This document shows positions 12,366 to 25,147 of a stretch of 46,308 nt of DNA, one piece after another. The notes beneath the pieces were generated by a model. It was not told where the DNA came from, did no database searches, and saw only the letters and a program-made list of their open reading frames with translations. The stretch's first letter is position 1, and every line of letters begins with the position of its first letter. The translations under genes and the position numbers were made by a program. The DNA comes from Chromera velia (taxonomy: Eukaryota), in the NCBI GenBank assembly GCA_018398765.1, contig JAHBMJ010000502.1, positions 1-46,308 of the forward strand, given 5' to 3'.

Positions 12366-13478
12366 TTCGATCTCACTGGAATGAAACCGAGACAGCAGCC
12401 GAGAGTTTCACAAAAATGGCTGAAATCTCCTTTCGACCCACAAGCAAAATGGGTGCCAATTGCTAGCAGAAGAAAGGGAGCAACTTGCAAAGCAGCCTGC
12501 GCGAATGGGTGGTCGATCAGAAGTTTGAACCGACTCTGCCGGAGCGAAGGATGGCACTGAAGGACAGTACTGTCACGGCGTGTAATAATTCGCCTCCGCG
12601 TTGCAGTTGCTCAATGATCCACCTGAAGAGAAAGAGTCGGATCAAGGAAAAATGCCGAACGTGCAGAGCTGGAATGAGTCGTTTGTGAAGCTCCGGCGCA
12701 AAACACTGGAGTAAACGAATTGCCTTGAAAACCGAAACATAGTAACGTACAACCCGTACGTCCATGATCGTCCATGTACGTCCCCCTGATAGTGCAATGA
12801 CAGTGCAAGACATGACTGCACTTTAATACCCCTTCGGGGTATGCCGGGGCCCCGCCCCAAAAGTTTGAATCCGTGCGAGTGGCCTATAGAGTGGCCGATT
12901 TAGGCTGGCGCTGTCCCGGAATATCCCGGAAAGTGGGGTAGAAAGTGACACACAAACAAAAATGAATGACTGAGTCAGACACCCACGAGAATTGAGCGTG
13001 AAAGACAGTTGAATTAGTTGGAGAAACACTAGGAGAAGACTTGATGCGATGTCCGATGAACTCATGAGCTAAAATAGATAGACATAGCGGAAAGACTCTA
13101 GGGCGGAACATATCAATCAATCAATCAATATGAAAACGTGCAAAGCTTATATTGAATAAATAATTTAGTGAGCAATTTAGGTGCAGAAGTTAGCCCACGT
13201 ATTGAAAACAAAGTAGACTTTATAAAACGGTAAAATTATGTTGTACTTACTATTGTGTTACAATATGAAAATTTTAGTCTGATATTCATTATTTTTGTTA
13301 TTACTTGTAATTTGAAGTCGTAATTTGATCTTGGTAACTAAAAATTCTGTACTATAAGAGCTATGAGCCTATGACACTTAGTTTATCAAAGACTAGGTTT
13401 AAGCTTTTTTAAATGAGTTGCAAATCCAAAAAGATGAGTGACTGCCGCATCATCAGCCTGAACGTTAGGCCTGGGGGG

Positions 13479-14160
13479 GATAGGCAGGTAGAGACGCCGA
13501 GATTTGGAAGGCAGTCAAGCAGGCAGAGACTCCGAGGCCAAAATTCGGAAAGCAGTCAGGCAGCCAGAGTCACCCCGATTCAGAAGGCAGTCAGCAGGCA
13601 GAGGCGCCGACATTTGGAAGGCACTAAGGCCGCAGGCAGAGACTCTGAGGCCAAAATTCAGAAAGCAGCCGGCAGCCAGGGTCACCCCGATTTGGAAGAC
13701 AGTCAGACACTCACTGACAGAAAAGAACACAAGCTCGGTACGTAGAGGCGCTACTCCCCTTCACAGTCTGAAGACTGCGACCACAACAAAGATGTAAAGA
13801 GATGAGAAGAGACGGATGCACACAGAGGGATGAGAGGAGACGGGATGATATTAGATGATGTACAACAAATCAATGCTAGGAAAATCGTAATGGAAAGGAC
13901 CGAAGCACACAATATACGTCTTGTCGTTCAGTGACTGCCTTCCGAATCTCGGCGTCTCTCCCTGCCTGACTGCCTTCCAAATCGGGGTGACTCTGGCTGC
14001 CTGTTAGTGACTGTCTTCCGAATCTCGGTGTCTCTGCCTGCCTGAGTGCCTTCCGAATCGGGGTGACTCTGGTTGCCTGACTGCTTTCCGAATTTGGGCC
14101 TCTCTGCCTGCCTGACTACGTTCTAGACTACGTTCTGAATTTCGGCCTCTCTGTTTGTCT
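13479..14160. repeat. Fold-back (inverted) array of ~30-38 bp subunits with a ~220 bp spacer
   Basis: Left arm ~13479-13706 (caggcagagacgccgagatttggaaggcagt / cagccagagtcaccccgatt variants). Right arm ~13931-14160 carries their reverse complements (gactgccttccgaatctcggcgtctct, atcggggtgactctggctgcctg). Confidence 0.85.
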
Positions 14161-14164
14161 CACT

Positions 14165-14635
14165 GCAAAGCGGTTTAAAGAAGCGAATGGAAGCAAACAG
14201 ATGGAGAGACTCTGAGACGGCTCAAAACAAGGAGTTTGAAACAAGCTAATAGGAGCACACAGATGGGGAGAGATGGCTGGAAGCAAAGCGTTTGGAAGAG
14301 CTGAATAAGGAGAGACTGCTGAAAGCAAAGTGGTTGGAAGAAGCGAATAGAAGCAAGCAAATGGAGAGAGACGGCTGAAAGCACATCGTTTAGAAAAATG
14401 AGATGGCTGAAAACAAAGCCTAGAAACAAAGCTGTCAGAAGAAGCGAATGGAAGCAAGCAGATGGAGAGAGACGGCTGAAAACAAGGTGACACTGTCTGG
14501 AAGAAGCCAATAGGAGCAGACAGATGGGCAGAGATGGTCGGAAGCACAGCATTTGGAAGCAAGCAGATGGAGAGAGACGTATATATGAAAGCAAAGCGGT
14601 TGAAAGAAGCGAATGGAAGCAGGCAGAATGGGAGC
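14165..14635. repeat. Degenerate purine-rich tandem array (aagcgaatggaagcaa.cagatggagagagacggctgaaa) with ~260 bp higher-order period
   Basis: Matching blocks at ~14181/14442 and ~14243/14503. Confidence 0.8.
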
Positions 14636-14671
14636 AAGTACTGGGAGGTAGATGGCGTTCTGATAATACTC

Positions 14672-15026
14672 ACCGCAGAAAGATAGGTTGGCTCAGGGCT
14701 TCCACGAAGCTCAGCGACCGTTTTGCGAACCTTTTCTTGTCGACGATGCTCTTTGCACTCACTTTCACCTTCTACAGCGAATTGAGTACACGAAACTCCC
14801 GGAGATCTTTCATGACAGCACGCGTTCTCGTCCTTTCCTTTGGTGGAGCTCTCAGTCGTGGAGCTCGAACTTCACTTCGCTCAGATCTAGCGCTCAGATA
14901 TTCGCTCGTTAGTCTGCCTGCATGTCTTGCAAAAGTTTGAGCCTTCGACTGCCCATCGGAGACATAGTTCGCCCTTTCTGGGCCCTCGAAGGAAACGATG
15001 CTGACAAGTTGGGTGATCATTGCCAT
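14672..15026 (-). pseudogene. Possible gene fragment: ATG-initiated frame with one internal TAG, ending at a GTGAGT donor
   Basis: The frame of ORF 14772-15026 continues past TAG (KVKVSAKSIVDKKRFAKRSLSFVEALSQPIFL) to CG|GTGAGT. No homology recognised. Confidence 0.3.
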
Positions 15027-15528
15027 GAGCAGACTGCATTTTCCAAGAAAAGTTGACAGACTACTGAACTGTGACTGACTTAAATATAGTCCGTTGACTT
15101 GTTGAGTAGACTCAGACAGAAGTATATCGATTCAGACATGCAGATGATTCTGAGATGTCTATATACGAGTCTATATACGACCCATGAAAAGGTCAGACGT
15201 ACGGTTAGGTACATGCAGTCTTTCGAAAAACTCGCGTGCATGCATGGAACCCGGATTCCGGTCCCGGAATGCAACTGTAACCCGTTTTGCGGCTAACTTT
15301 TGGTGGGCGAAATTTTCCTTGGTGCGGCGCTCAGGGTATAAAACAGATACCGGGGACCCTGAAGGGCTCCGGCACGATGACAACGAAGGGCGTACGAATT
15401 CGCATGCGCGGCAGCCAAGGATCGTAGACGGTGAATTCTTGTCGATCCATGCAGGGATCATCAGACTGACAGACTCGCATCACTGAAGCTCATCCTACAT
15501 CTGTTCAGACTCATTCGGTGAACGCTTC

Positions 15529-18215
15529 ATGCCAGGAAGACTCAGCCTCTCGTGCCAGTATTGTTTTGAGGTCTTCATCGATGCTTTAAGAATGAGCTCC
15601 GACATTTTATTAAAAAAAGCACGAGGATGGTTGAATGATCAGACAGAAGAGAGAAATTCGATGGAGCGTCTCTGTCTCACGCTGCCGACAGGGCCTGGAC
15701 TTCGGAAAGCCATTGTGCGTGAGGTCACGGCTGAATATGGCACGGAAACACTCGACTCCAGCAAGCAGGGGCGTCTCTATTTTTCAGTTCCTGCAGGGGA
15801 TCTCACTGCAACGTATGCAGGCTTCGTGGGTATAGGGAAGCTGCGTCTGGTGCATGTCAGTGAGTCCTTGCAAGAAGGCACAGAACAAAGAGAGCCTGCA
15901 TGTAATGTGCAGGAAGGCGCGGGAGATTTGGAGTCCCTGGTTGCGGCCCGCTTCGAGGGGGCTGTCGTTGACGGAATTCCGAAATGGAGCCGTCTCCTTC
16001 CAGTAGCTCGGTTAGTGTCGTCGTGCAGTCTCCCACCGCTCCGCGTCTCCGTCTCTGTCCACAAGGCAGGAGATCGTGCGAGGACCATACGCACTGCATC
16101 GTTGACACGGCAACTCGTGACGGTGCTGCAGAAGTGCACAGACTCACCGACTTCCTCAGCGTCGGCGTTAGCGTCAGAATCAGTGTGTGCAGAGAGAGGG
16201 GGTGAGGAGCGCAAGGGATTTGAAGTGAGAAGAGTTGAGCCCGTGTTGAAGAATCCTGACGTGATTGTGATTGTGACTCTAAACGACCGAGACCTTCTTA
16301 TAGACTCCACAGTGCCTGCCGTCCGGGAGGGGGCAGGGGAGGGCTGCGACGTTTTGGAGACGATGGCCGAGTGCTCCGGTCTAAAGCTGCCGGTCGCGTG
16401 GGCGTTGGTGCAGTCTGCCAACTTGCAGGTGGGCGGAGAGAGGGAGGACAGTCATTGCTTCATTGCATTCATCGGATCGGGGCAATGGATCGGGTGGCTT
16501 TGAGGTTGTTTGCGTATGGTTTCTAGATGCCTGTCTGATGCTTTCTCCGGCATCCTGGTGGATTGATGGATGGACTGGTTCATTGGACGGTGTCATTCTT
16601 TGGTTTGGTTGCGTGGTTGGTTGATCGAAGGTTTGGTTGGGTTTACTGCCTGCCTGTCTGAATGAGTCATTGGTCGATCGGACATAAAACGCTCAGATAA
16701 ACAGACGGTTACTTTCTTTGCCCCTTAAGCCGTCGCCGCAGAGTTGCCATCTCCACTTCTATCTTTACTCTTCTGTTGAATACACCCTCGCTTTGCATCT
16801 CTTTGCTGTTCGCGGGTACTTGGAGAGAGGTCACCTCGAGTGTATTTGAACTTGTACAATGAGCAGAGAGGCTGTGATGGACGGGGCTTTTTTTGTAGAT
16901 TGATGTTCCGGATTCGTATTGGATGCAAAGAGACATTTGCCCATCCTTTTTTTTTTTTTGTACGCAATTCGTGGTCCGGGTTTCTCTCTGTATCCTCATT
17001 TTTGCTCTTCATCTTTCGACGACCCGACTGATGCCCGCTTGCGCGGCTCCTTGGCCGTTTGACTGCTTCCTCCCTTCCTTCCTGTTGCAGGACGGAGAGG
17101 TCATGATGGACCCCATGGCAGGATCAGGTGCCATCCCGTTGGTGGCAACTGCAACAGATCGGCGCGCAGGGAAGGAACAGAGTATTTTGGTCAGAGCAGC
17201 TGACGCGTCCCCCTCGCAGCTGCAGCGTGCGTCGCGGAATTTGTCGCGCTTCCCGTCTCTTGCCTTGTTCTCCGAGCCTCTTGATGCAGGCAGCGCAACA
17301 GCAATGGCTGCCTTCACAGACGTCACAGTGATTGTGTGCGACCTGCCCTTCGGCATTCAGCACACCGCGGCAGGGGGAGAGACACTGGAGGCATTGTATG
17401 CACTGGTAATCGGTTGCTGGTGTCCCCTTCTGGTGTCGAATTTTCGGCACAAAGTGGAGGAGAAGCGGGATACCGGTCCCCATATCGGTGCGACTTCTTC
17501 AATGGAATGTCGAAGTGAGAGTGGGAACGGGGTGTGGTTGCCGAGGACGGTACTCCTGACGTCTGCTCAAATGGCAAAACACCTCCAGCAGGTTGTGTGT
17601 GCACAACCGGGTTGGTCAGTGGCCGCCTCCCGTCGGTGTTCTCTGGGTCCCGTGAAGGCGGTGATTGTGTGCGCTCGGTGGGATCCTCCAGTCAATCTGC
17701 AACCTCCAATGACGTGTGGTGTTGGAGAACAGGAAGGAGAGGGGGAGGGGGGAGCTTGGGATGCTTGGCATCAATTGAAGGCTGTGATTGAGAGAACCTC
17801 TGGGGGGGTTGGAAGAGAAGTTGGAAGTGGGAGTGTGGGGGAGGTTGAGAGGGCTCCTCATGCAGAGGGAGAGAGGAGAGAGTATGTGGGCTTAGGTAAA
17901 GGGGACGCCCCAGCAGTGGAGGGGCACTTGGGAAAGGCAAGTGAAGGTGCAATGTCTCCTTTGTGTGAGTCTGTTTCTGTCCCTAGGCCTGTCCTTGCAA
18001 GCGCTGCAGAGGCCAGCTCCCCTCAAAGCCTCCCTCATGACACGGTCCCGCAGGGAGGCGCTGAAGAGAGAGGGAAAAGATTGGGATCTAGGTGTGTGCA
18101 GGAAGAGACAGATCTTCAGGCCCTGGTCACGCGATTCTGGTGGGAGGGTCCCGAGGGGCGGTCTGGATGGGCTGTGGGTTTGGCACGCGCTCTCCGTGAT
18201 GCGGCCGTCCATTAA
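15529..18215 (+). CDS. THUMP-type / UPF0020-family SAM-dependent RNA (guanine-N2) methyltransferase, THUMPD2/3-like; exons ~15529-16428 and 17091-18215
   Basis: The splice CAG|GTGGGC...TTGCAG|GAC gives LKLPVAWALVQSANLQ-DGEVMMDPMAGSGAIPL (motif I, DPMxGSG). Motif IV-like VIVCDLPFG. The N-terminal GLRKAIVREV...GRLYF and KNPDVIVIVTL resemble the THUMP region. Start codon uncertain (15529, 15592 or 15661). Confidence 0.8.
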
Positions 18216-18800
18216 CCTTGCTGTACCTTGCCGCATGCAGATCATTCAGGAAAATTCAAACTCTGTTGATTTCAGGCTCTCAGACGCTCTCTGACTTTGC
18301 AATGGGCGGTCTGTGCGCATCTACGCACAGCGTTGTCTACACGTCGCACAGTGATCTAAACAGTAATAAAAAAGAGCTTAAAAAGTCTTTTTTTTATATA
18401 GACTGTTTCTCTGATTGCGATTGAAGTTGAAACAATCAAAAAAACCTAGACAAAAACAATGATTCACATACGTTTCAATCATTTGATAGTCAAAGGGGAC
18501 AGTCATAAAAATATTTACAATGTTGTATACAATGTATACAATGAAAATTTAGGTTCAAGAGGAATAGATCAATTTAGATGGCTTTTGTCTAGGCTATATA
18601 CGGTTTTAACGCTTTAGTTATTTAACACTGTAATAACACATTAACTATAGCCCAATAGTACTAGCCTAAGTATCAATTCAATTCGTATAGGTCTAGGTGT
18701 AGGTAAAACCAGCGCGCTGTTCGTGTAGCTGTTATAGTAGCTGCTAGTAGAATAGATTATCCCTAGGGATTCTCTCTAGGATTCTCTACAAAAAATACAG

Positions 18801-20325
18801 TTAAATCAGAGCTAGGATCAGCCGATCAGGGCCGGGTGCAACTATAGGGATACAAGTTGAAGTACAGGTAGCCGTTGGGGTACCGTGCCGCGCATTGGGC
18901 CGCGGGCTTGGCCGAGCTTGTGTCACGTACACGTGTTGTGCGCATGCGGCGAATAATCGCCGCGCCGAGCGATTATTGCGCGGATGTATTGTTTTGTTAT
19001 TTCTGTGCATATCGTGCTTTGAATAGCATGCAAGATTGGATTCATTGCTTTGCTTTCGGATTGAGAGTATTACTATTACTTTTACAGACTTCTTCAGGAG
19101 CTGTACAGACTTGGGCATAGACCACAGAGACTTACCTGTCATGACACCTTGACACACACCTTCACCTTGCTTTAGTTCTGCGGTCAACAGCCTACAGTGC
19201 TTGCTGTTGCTATGTTGCAGTTCAAGATGTTTCTTCACCTTCTCTCTCTGTGACTAAGGACCGTTCCTCTTCTCTTAAAGCAGCCTCAGGGCATTCCTCT
19301 GTTCTTTGCAACGCATCTGTTTGCGTAGCCTGGTCGTTTCAATCATGTCCTCGCTTTCGTGATAGAAACCCTCCTAGCAGTTGACAATGTGTACTCAGCT
19401 GCTAGATAAATCTTGACGAGTTTGCTTCTATGGACAAGGTGAACGATCTACTATTTGTGCACATCAGATGCAAGCAGGAGTGGAGAACTGGTTCTGAAGG
19501 GGGTCTTCCCTTAATCTGTAGAAGGAGAAGGAGTCGGGTGGACTACAGTCCATGAAGCATTGCGGCTTCTGGTTGTGAAGGAAAGGAGATGGCTTGGACG
19601 ACCTTCTGCAACAGCGCCTCTGAGCAGTCAAAGATGACTGACAGAGGTATCCCTGTGGATCTCTCAAGTGCAGCTTCCTTATTGGGATTGGAATCTGCTT
19701 CGCAAGTGAAAGAAAACCTTGCAAATGACCTCCCGTAGTGTGTTGATCTGTCCTTTCTCTCTCCTTCATGGTTCTTTGCGTGCCTCAGTTGACACTGTGA
19801 GCAGCCTGTGCTGTCTCTTCCTGGTTTTCAATGTTCCACTCTACTTATGAGTGGTGACTGAACAAACCAGGAGACAGGTCTGCACTGTTTTGTTTGCTTG
19901 TCATCTCACCCTGTGTAAAGTCTTTCAGAGGGAGAAGAAAAGAGTTCTGATCATGGACTTTCGTTCTGTGTGCTGTGCGGAGTTTGCCGTTTTGCCTGTA
20001 CCAGATGGACGTCCTGAGTAAGAATGGGACGGTTCTTGATTTGTGAGTACTTGGACGTGCTCTGATACACAAATAGGTCATGTCTGGATTGAGATGTGCA
20101 CTGTGTCGGGGGCTGCCCACCCACATTCATGAGTTTGTTGCCGGGCCACATTCCGTTGAATGAAGACGATTCATGAGGCAGTAGCCATACCTTTCAGAGC
20201 GGTATGTTTGCCTTGCATGCTGTACCTGGTTGTATCGATTTCGTCTGGCTGTGTTTTCTGGGTTTTGTGAACGGATAGACTCGATGACTTCTATATAGGC
20301 TTTGTGGGGACTTCGAGTACCTTAA
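18801..20325 (-). mobile_element. Decayed coding remnant, possibly the 3' part of a non-LTR retrotransposon
   Basis: ORFs 19845-20126, 19464-19769 and 18801-19238 share one frame, broken by about nine stops and no frameshift. Contains C-I-*-C...H-I-V-N-C, resembling a LINE C-terminal CCHC motif. The 3' segment is repeated at 22431-22755. No RT motif seen. Confidence 0.4.
18855..19179. repeat. Dispersed direct repeat, copy 1 (325 bp)
   Basis: Colinear with 22431-22755 (agttgaagtacaggtagccg...cttcacctt...ttagttct), differing by scattered substitutions. Confidence 0.92.
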
Positions 20326-20432
20326 GCTTCTGCACCCATCCAGATCTAAATCAGTCGATTTGTGAATATCCCTTTTCTACCTTATCAGCAATGGATGACC
20401 GGGGGGGGGGATGAATACATGTAAGGACTGGG

Positions 20433-20813
20433 ATGATGGAGTAGCAGATCCTTACCTGAAAAGAAGGAAGAAAAATAATTCCGTTTGAATCCGCTTTCCC
20501 AACGCAGGAGAACAAGAAGACAAACATGGATGTATGTAAACGTCCAAGCATTTTTTTTCATGATGGAGTAGCAGATCCCTGCCTGAAAAGAAGGAAGGAA
20601 AATAATTCCGTTTGAATCCGCTTTCCCAACGCAGGAGAACAAGAAGATAAACATGGATGTATGTAAACGTCCAATCATTTTTTTTCATGATGGAGTAGCA
20701 GATCCCTGCCTGAAAAGAAGGAAGGAAAATAATTCCGTTTGAATCCGCTTTCCCAATGTAGGAGAACAAGAAGACAAACATGGATGTATGTAAACGTCCA
20801 ATCATTTCTTTTC
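20433..20813. repeat. Tandem repeat, 127 bp x 3
   Basis: Unit atgatggagtagcagatcc...gtatgtaaacgtccaa starts at ~20433, 20560 and 20687; copies near-identical. Confidence 0.95.
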
Positions 20814-22430
20814 ATTCATTTTTTGAGACCTCTCTTCTCAAACTGTTTTTCTTTTTGTACTGTGTGAGTCTGAGCATCTAGTCTTTGTGTAACTTATTGC
20901 GGCGGTAGCGGAAGATGACTGCGTGTTTGAGTAGCCGATGTTTCGTTCTCTCATCACTTTTCATTCAGAGTCTTACTCTTCTTTTTGTTTGGTTTCTTTT
21001 CTCTTTTTCTTTTCTTTCTGGCGTCTCTCGCTCTTTCTTTCTTTGCTCTCTCACGCTCTTCTTCTTGTTTTTTCTCTTTTTTGAGTATCGTTTGACTAAT
21101 GAAATGAGAAAAGAATGGGGGGGGGAGCGGGGGTGCTGAAGAAAGAGGGCCAGGAGGAAAAAAAAGAACGAAATGATTTAACAATTGAAAACGTTTTCTT
21201 TTTTCTTCTTTATTCTTTTTGCATTGCCTAAACGTGCTTAGTGAAAGTTTCTTTTTCACATACAGCAAAATTGCTTTCTTTTGCGTTTTCTCTTTGTTCC
21301 ACCGTTTATCGCTCTCTCTTTCTCTCTCTCTCCTCCTTCTCTTTGCCGTTCTTGCTTTTCTTTTCTCTTTTCAAATAAGTCAACCTGAGCAGTAGATTGA
21401 GAAAGAATCACAGGAACGTGAGGGAATGGGGCGGATTGAAGAGAAAGGGGGGGGGGAGATGGAGAAGAGAGAGAGGATACATCATACAGAATGAACCGGA
21501 ACAGAAAGATAGAAATAAAAGTGCATCATTCATTTTTGCTTTCATTCGGTAGTTCTGTTTTTCTTCTGAATTCACTGTATCGAATTCACTGCATCTTATT
21601 TTCTTTTCAAAGATGTGCAGTCTGTGTGACGTGTTTGACTCGACTGTCCGATTTGTGATTCGTTTTCTTTTCTTGGATTGCTCTTTGTTCTAGCTGAACA
21701 GTGTCCTTTCACCGTTCGATGGTTGTTTCACTTCTTTTCTTTTTATGAAAGGTTTTTTTCTCACATATGCATGTCGATAGCAAAAGACAGACAAAGGAAG
21801 AAAAGAAGAAAGCGCAGCGTGACAAAGATTGAGAAGAAAAGACGTTCAATGACATTCAACTTTCTTTTTTTTTTTTGTCGACCAATTTAAATTTTGGTTT
21901 GCTTTAATTCTGCAAGAGGAAAGCAGGTGATGCATGTAAGTCATCTGTCATCGCTTCCGCACTCTGACTGATTCATCTCATTCAGTACAAGTTATTTTCA
22001 TTCATTCATTCATTGATTCATTCATTCATTCATCAATCCAGATTTTCTTATCTGCATTCAGGAGTTCATCATTTTTTAATTGATTCCACAAGTCTGTTTC
22101 CTTTTCAGACTGAATTGATTTGTAGTACAAACTTCTGGTTTTCTTTTCTAAAAGAGGACAGACCGGGGGGGAGATCAAAACAGATTGGATTGATAACGTA
22201 ATATACAGGAAGTCTTTGCTTTTGACGAAACTTTTTGACTTCCTACCTCAATCGGTAGAGCATGCAATCGTTCTTTTCGTTGTAGCTCACTGTTAGAGCA
22301 TGTGGCTGTTTTTATTTTTATTGTTGTCTTTGCTGGACTGAAATTTGTCCTGAGTCGTATCGCTCGCGTTGCCTTGCATATTTTTTCTGCAACGTTTTGC
22401 TTTTGCTTCGGCAACACGATCGAGGGGGGG

Positions 22431-22755
22431 AGTTGAAGTACAGGTAGCCGTCGGGGTACTGTGCCGCGCATTGGGCCGCGGGCTTGGCCGGGCTTGTGTC
22501 ACGTACGCGTGTTGCGCGCATGCGGTGAATAATCGCTGCGCCGAGCGATTATTGCGCGGATGTATTGTTTTGTCATTTCTGTGCGTATCGTACTTTGGAT
22601 AGCATGCGAGATTGGATTCATTGCTTTGCTTTTGGATTGAGAGTATTACTATTACTTTTACAGACTTCTCCAGGAGGTGTACAGACTTGGACATAGACCA
22701 CAGAGACTTACCTGTCATAACACCTTAACACACACCTTCACCTTACCTTAGTTCT
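22431..22755. repeat. Dispersed direct repeat, copy 2 (325 bp)
   Basis: Matches 18855-19179. Confidence 0.92.
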
Positions 22756-24551
22756 ATACAAATTTAAGTATATATCTTTTTAATAATAATGATAGTCTTT
22801 CGTTCAATCCTAATCTGAATCCTCATTCTAAATTAACCTAAATTGACTATTTCATGATTCGGTAATCGATCTGAATCAGTATTTAAGAAAAATAAAAAAT
22901 TCTGAGTTTTAATTCTGGTAAAAATTCAAAATGATCGCAAGTAATGCATACTAGTAGATCATGCTCATTAAAAATCATGATAACGTTCATCTTTGTAGAC
23001 TCGGATAAATATGTCAGTACATGATGGCTACTACTAATAGTAATGATGACGTACGAACTCTAGGCGCTGCATATAAAAAAAAGAAAAAAAAATTAGGCGT
23101 GCACAACTTTTTTTTTTTTAATGTCAAAAGTCAGGTTCACATTTTATGTGGAAAAGTAAGTTTCAGAGTCGAAAGTGATTCTTTTACTTTTGGAAGCATT
23201 TGAAATTTTTTTTAAAAAAAAAAAAGCCCTTCCTAACTTTTTTCTTCTTTTTTTTTTCTATGTGCGGCGCCTAGTACGAACTTGAGAATCAGAATCATAA
23301 GGTACGATAGATGATTGTCCTTTCAACGTACTGGTACGCACGTCGGGCGGGTATTGCTCCAGAGCTAGCCAGCAGTGATCGAGATGCGATAACGAAGAAT
23401 CGAAAGCCGTTCTTTTTTTTTCTTACTCATACAGCTTTGTAGCGCTTGCGCCTTCGAATATATGAACGCGGCGCTGAACGCGGCATTCAGCGCGCGCGCG
23501 CGCGCACGCACGCACGCACGCACACGCACACACACACACACACGTCCAGAGAAAACGTGTAGACATACAAGTGACCACACGCACAGATCGAATGAGTTCG
23601 CAAAAAGAAATGATTAAAAACCTTCGGACGGTGAAAGACCATGAACCTCGATCGTCATCAACATCTCGACGCGCCCTTCAGGATCTCTCACGCAATTGAG
23701 TCACCCTCTTCTGGTGAGGGGGCATCTTCTGGACGTGCAAGGGGCACGATTGAAAGAAGCAGCTTCAACAACAAGCAAGCAAGGTGAGATTACAAGAGAA
23801 CACTGACGCCACGTACGCATGCAGAGGTTGACCTGTCCAAAAGAAGCCGCTCCTCAAAAAATGAAAATGCGATATTGAAAGCAAATCTCAACCGGTCTAC
23901 GCAAACACACCAATGACATAATGAACAATTTGTTTCTCGAAAGAGCGGAGACAGACAGCCAGGACACAGAGGCGGAGAGGCCTGAAAGACAGCATCCATA
24001 CAGAACTTACGAAACATGGTTGACATTCAGATTCAGCGTAAGAACGAAAGACGCTCATCGACTGTCTTTCAGTCTTTCTTATGTCTGATCTTTTTCATTT
24101 CTTTCCTTTTTTCCTACTGTTCAGTTTTCTCCGTTTCATTAAGAATTCTAGTAAGAATTTCTTTAATCTGCTCTACCTTTTCTCCATTCCTTCTGCTCTT
24201 CCCGCATTCCTTCTGGAGAAACGATGTGTCTGAAGGCATTCCGTCGGTTCGACCCAGGCTTGGCACCCCGGCCTGTGACCCCATGCAATTCGAGTCTATC
24301 GATCGTTTTGTCTATACATGCCATCACAAGATGATTTAAGTAAGGACACAGAAGGGTGGTAGGGTAGAGAGGAAAGCATGATGGCCCGAGGTTTGCTTTG
24401 TTCTTCCGCGCACCTCCACAGACGGAAAGAAAAAAGAGGTCGGACCAAAATGACATCTAACAGGGGAATCGGGACACCGCCACCCCGTTTCGGCATTCCC
24501 TCCCCTTCCATTTGAAGTGAACACACACACACACACACACACACACACCGT

Positions 24552-24582
<31 letters not shown>

Positions 24583-25147
24583 ACTTAGAGGTAGCTGGGC
24601 AGAAACAGATACAAAGACAAAGAAAGAGGGGTAGAAACAAAGAGACCACGGACTCGTTCTCCTAGAAGAAAGAACGGCATGCGCACTGAGGGGCGGTTCT
24701 GAACGAGCAGGCAGACAGACAAGGCATCATGGCACCAGACGTGGAGACAAGGAAGAAAGAAGAGTGGGAACAGAAACGAAGAACACTCTGCCTCAACATT
24801 CTCTCTACATCCTTCCTCCCTTTACCCCACATCACTGTCCGAGTCTGGGAATCACCTGCGCTCTATTCTGATGTGACTGACCATTTCTCCCCTGCATTCA
24901 TTTTCTTCTCCTCTCTATCTCTATCTCTCTTTCGAGCCTATGCACGGACGCACGGACCCCCTGTGCATGCATGAGGGAGAGCGCATAGAGAAAGGGGAAT
25001 GGATAGAAGGATTGAACAAAGAAGAGGGGGGCTTCTCTCTGCTCTTTCCATCTTCTTCTACTCCCCTCTTGTGTCTTGTCTCTTCAATGAGGCAGGTCTC
25101 ACCCCATCCCTCCTCCCCCATCTTGTACCCCTTTTCTCTTCATCTGA

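Noticed and set aside
13479..14635. CRISPR-like appearance of ~30 bp repeats
   Set aside because: Units are degenerate and adjacent with no unique spacers; eukaryotic context and no cas genes.
14128..14673. Hydrophobic 181-aa and 139-aa ORFs
   Set aside because: They are translations of the purine-rich tandem array.
20351..20805. Three similar ORFs in different frames
   Set aside because: Artefact of a 127 bp unit that is not a multiple of three.
20820..24700. Short Phe/Lys-rich ORFs
   Set aside because: Low-complexity T/A tracts and microsatellites; no coherent gene model could be built.
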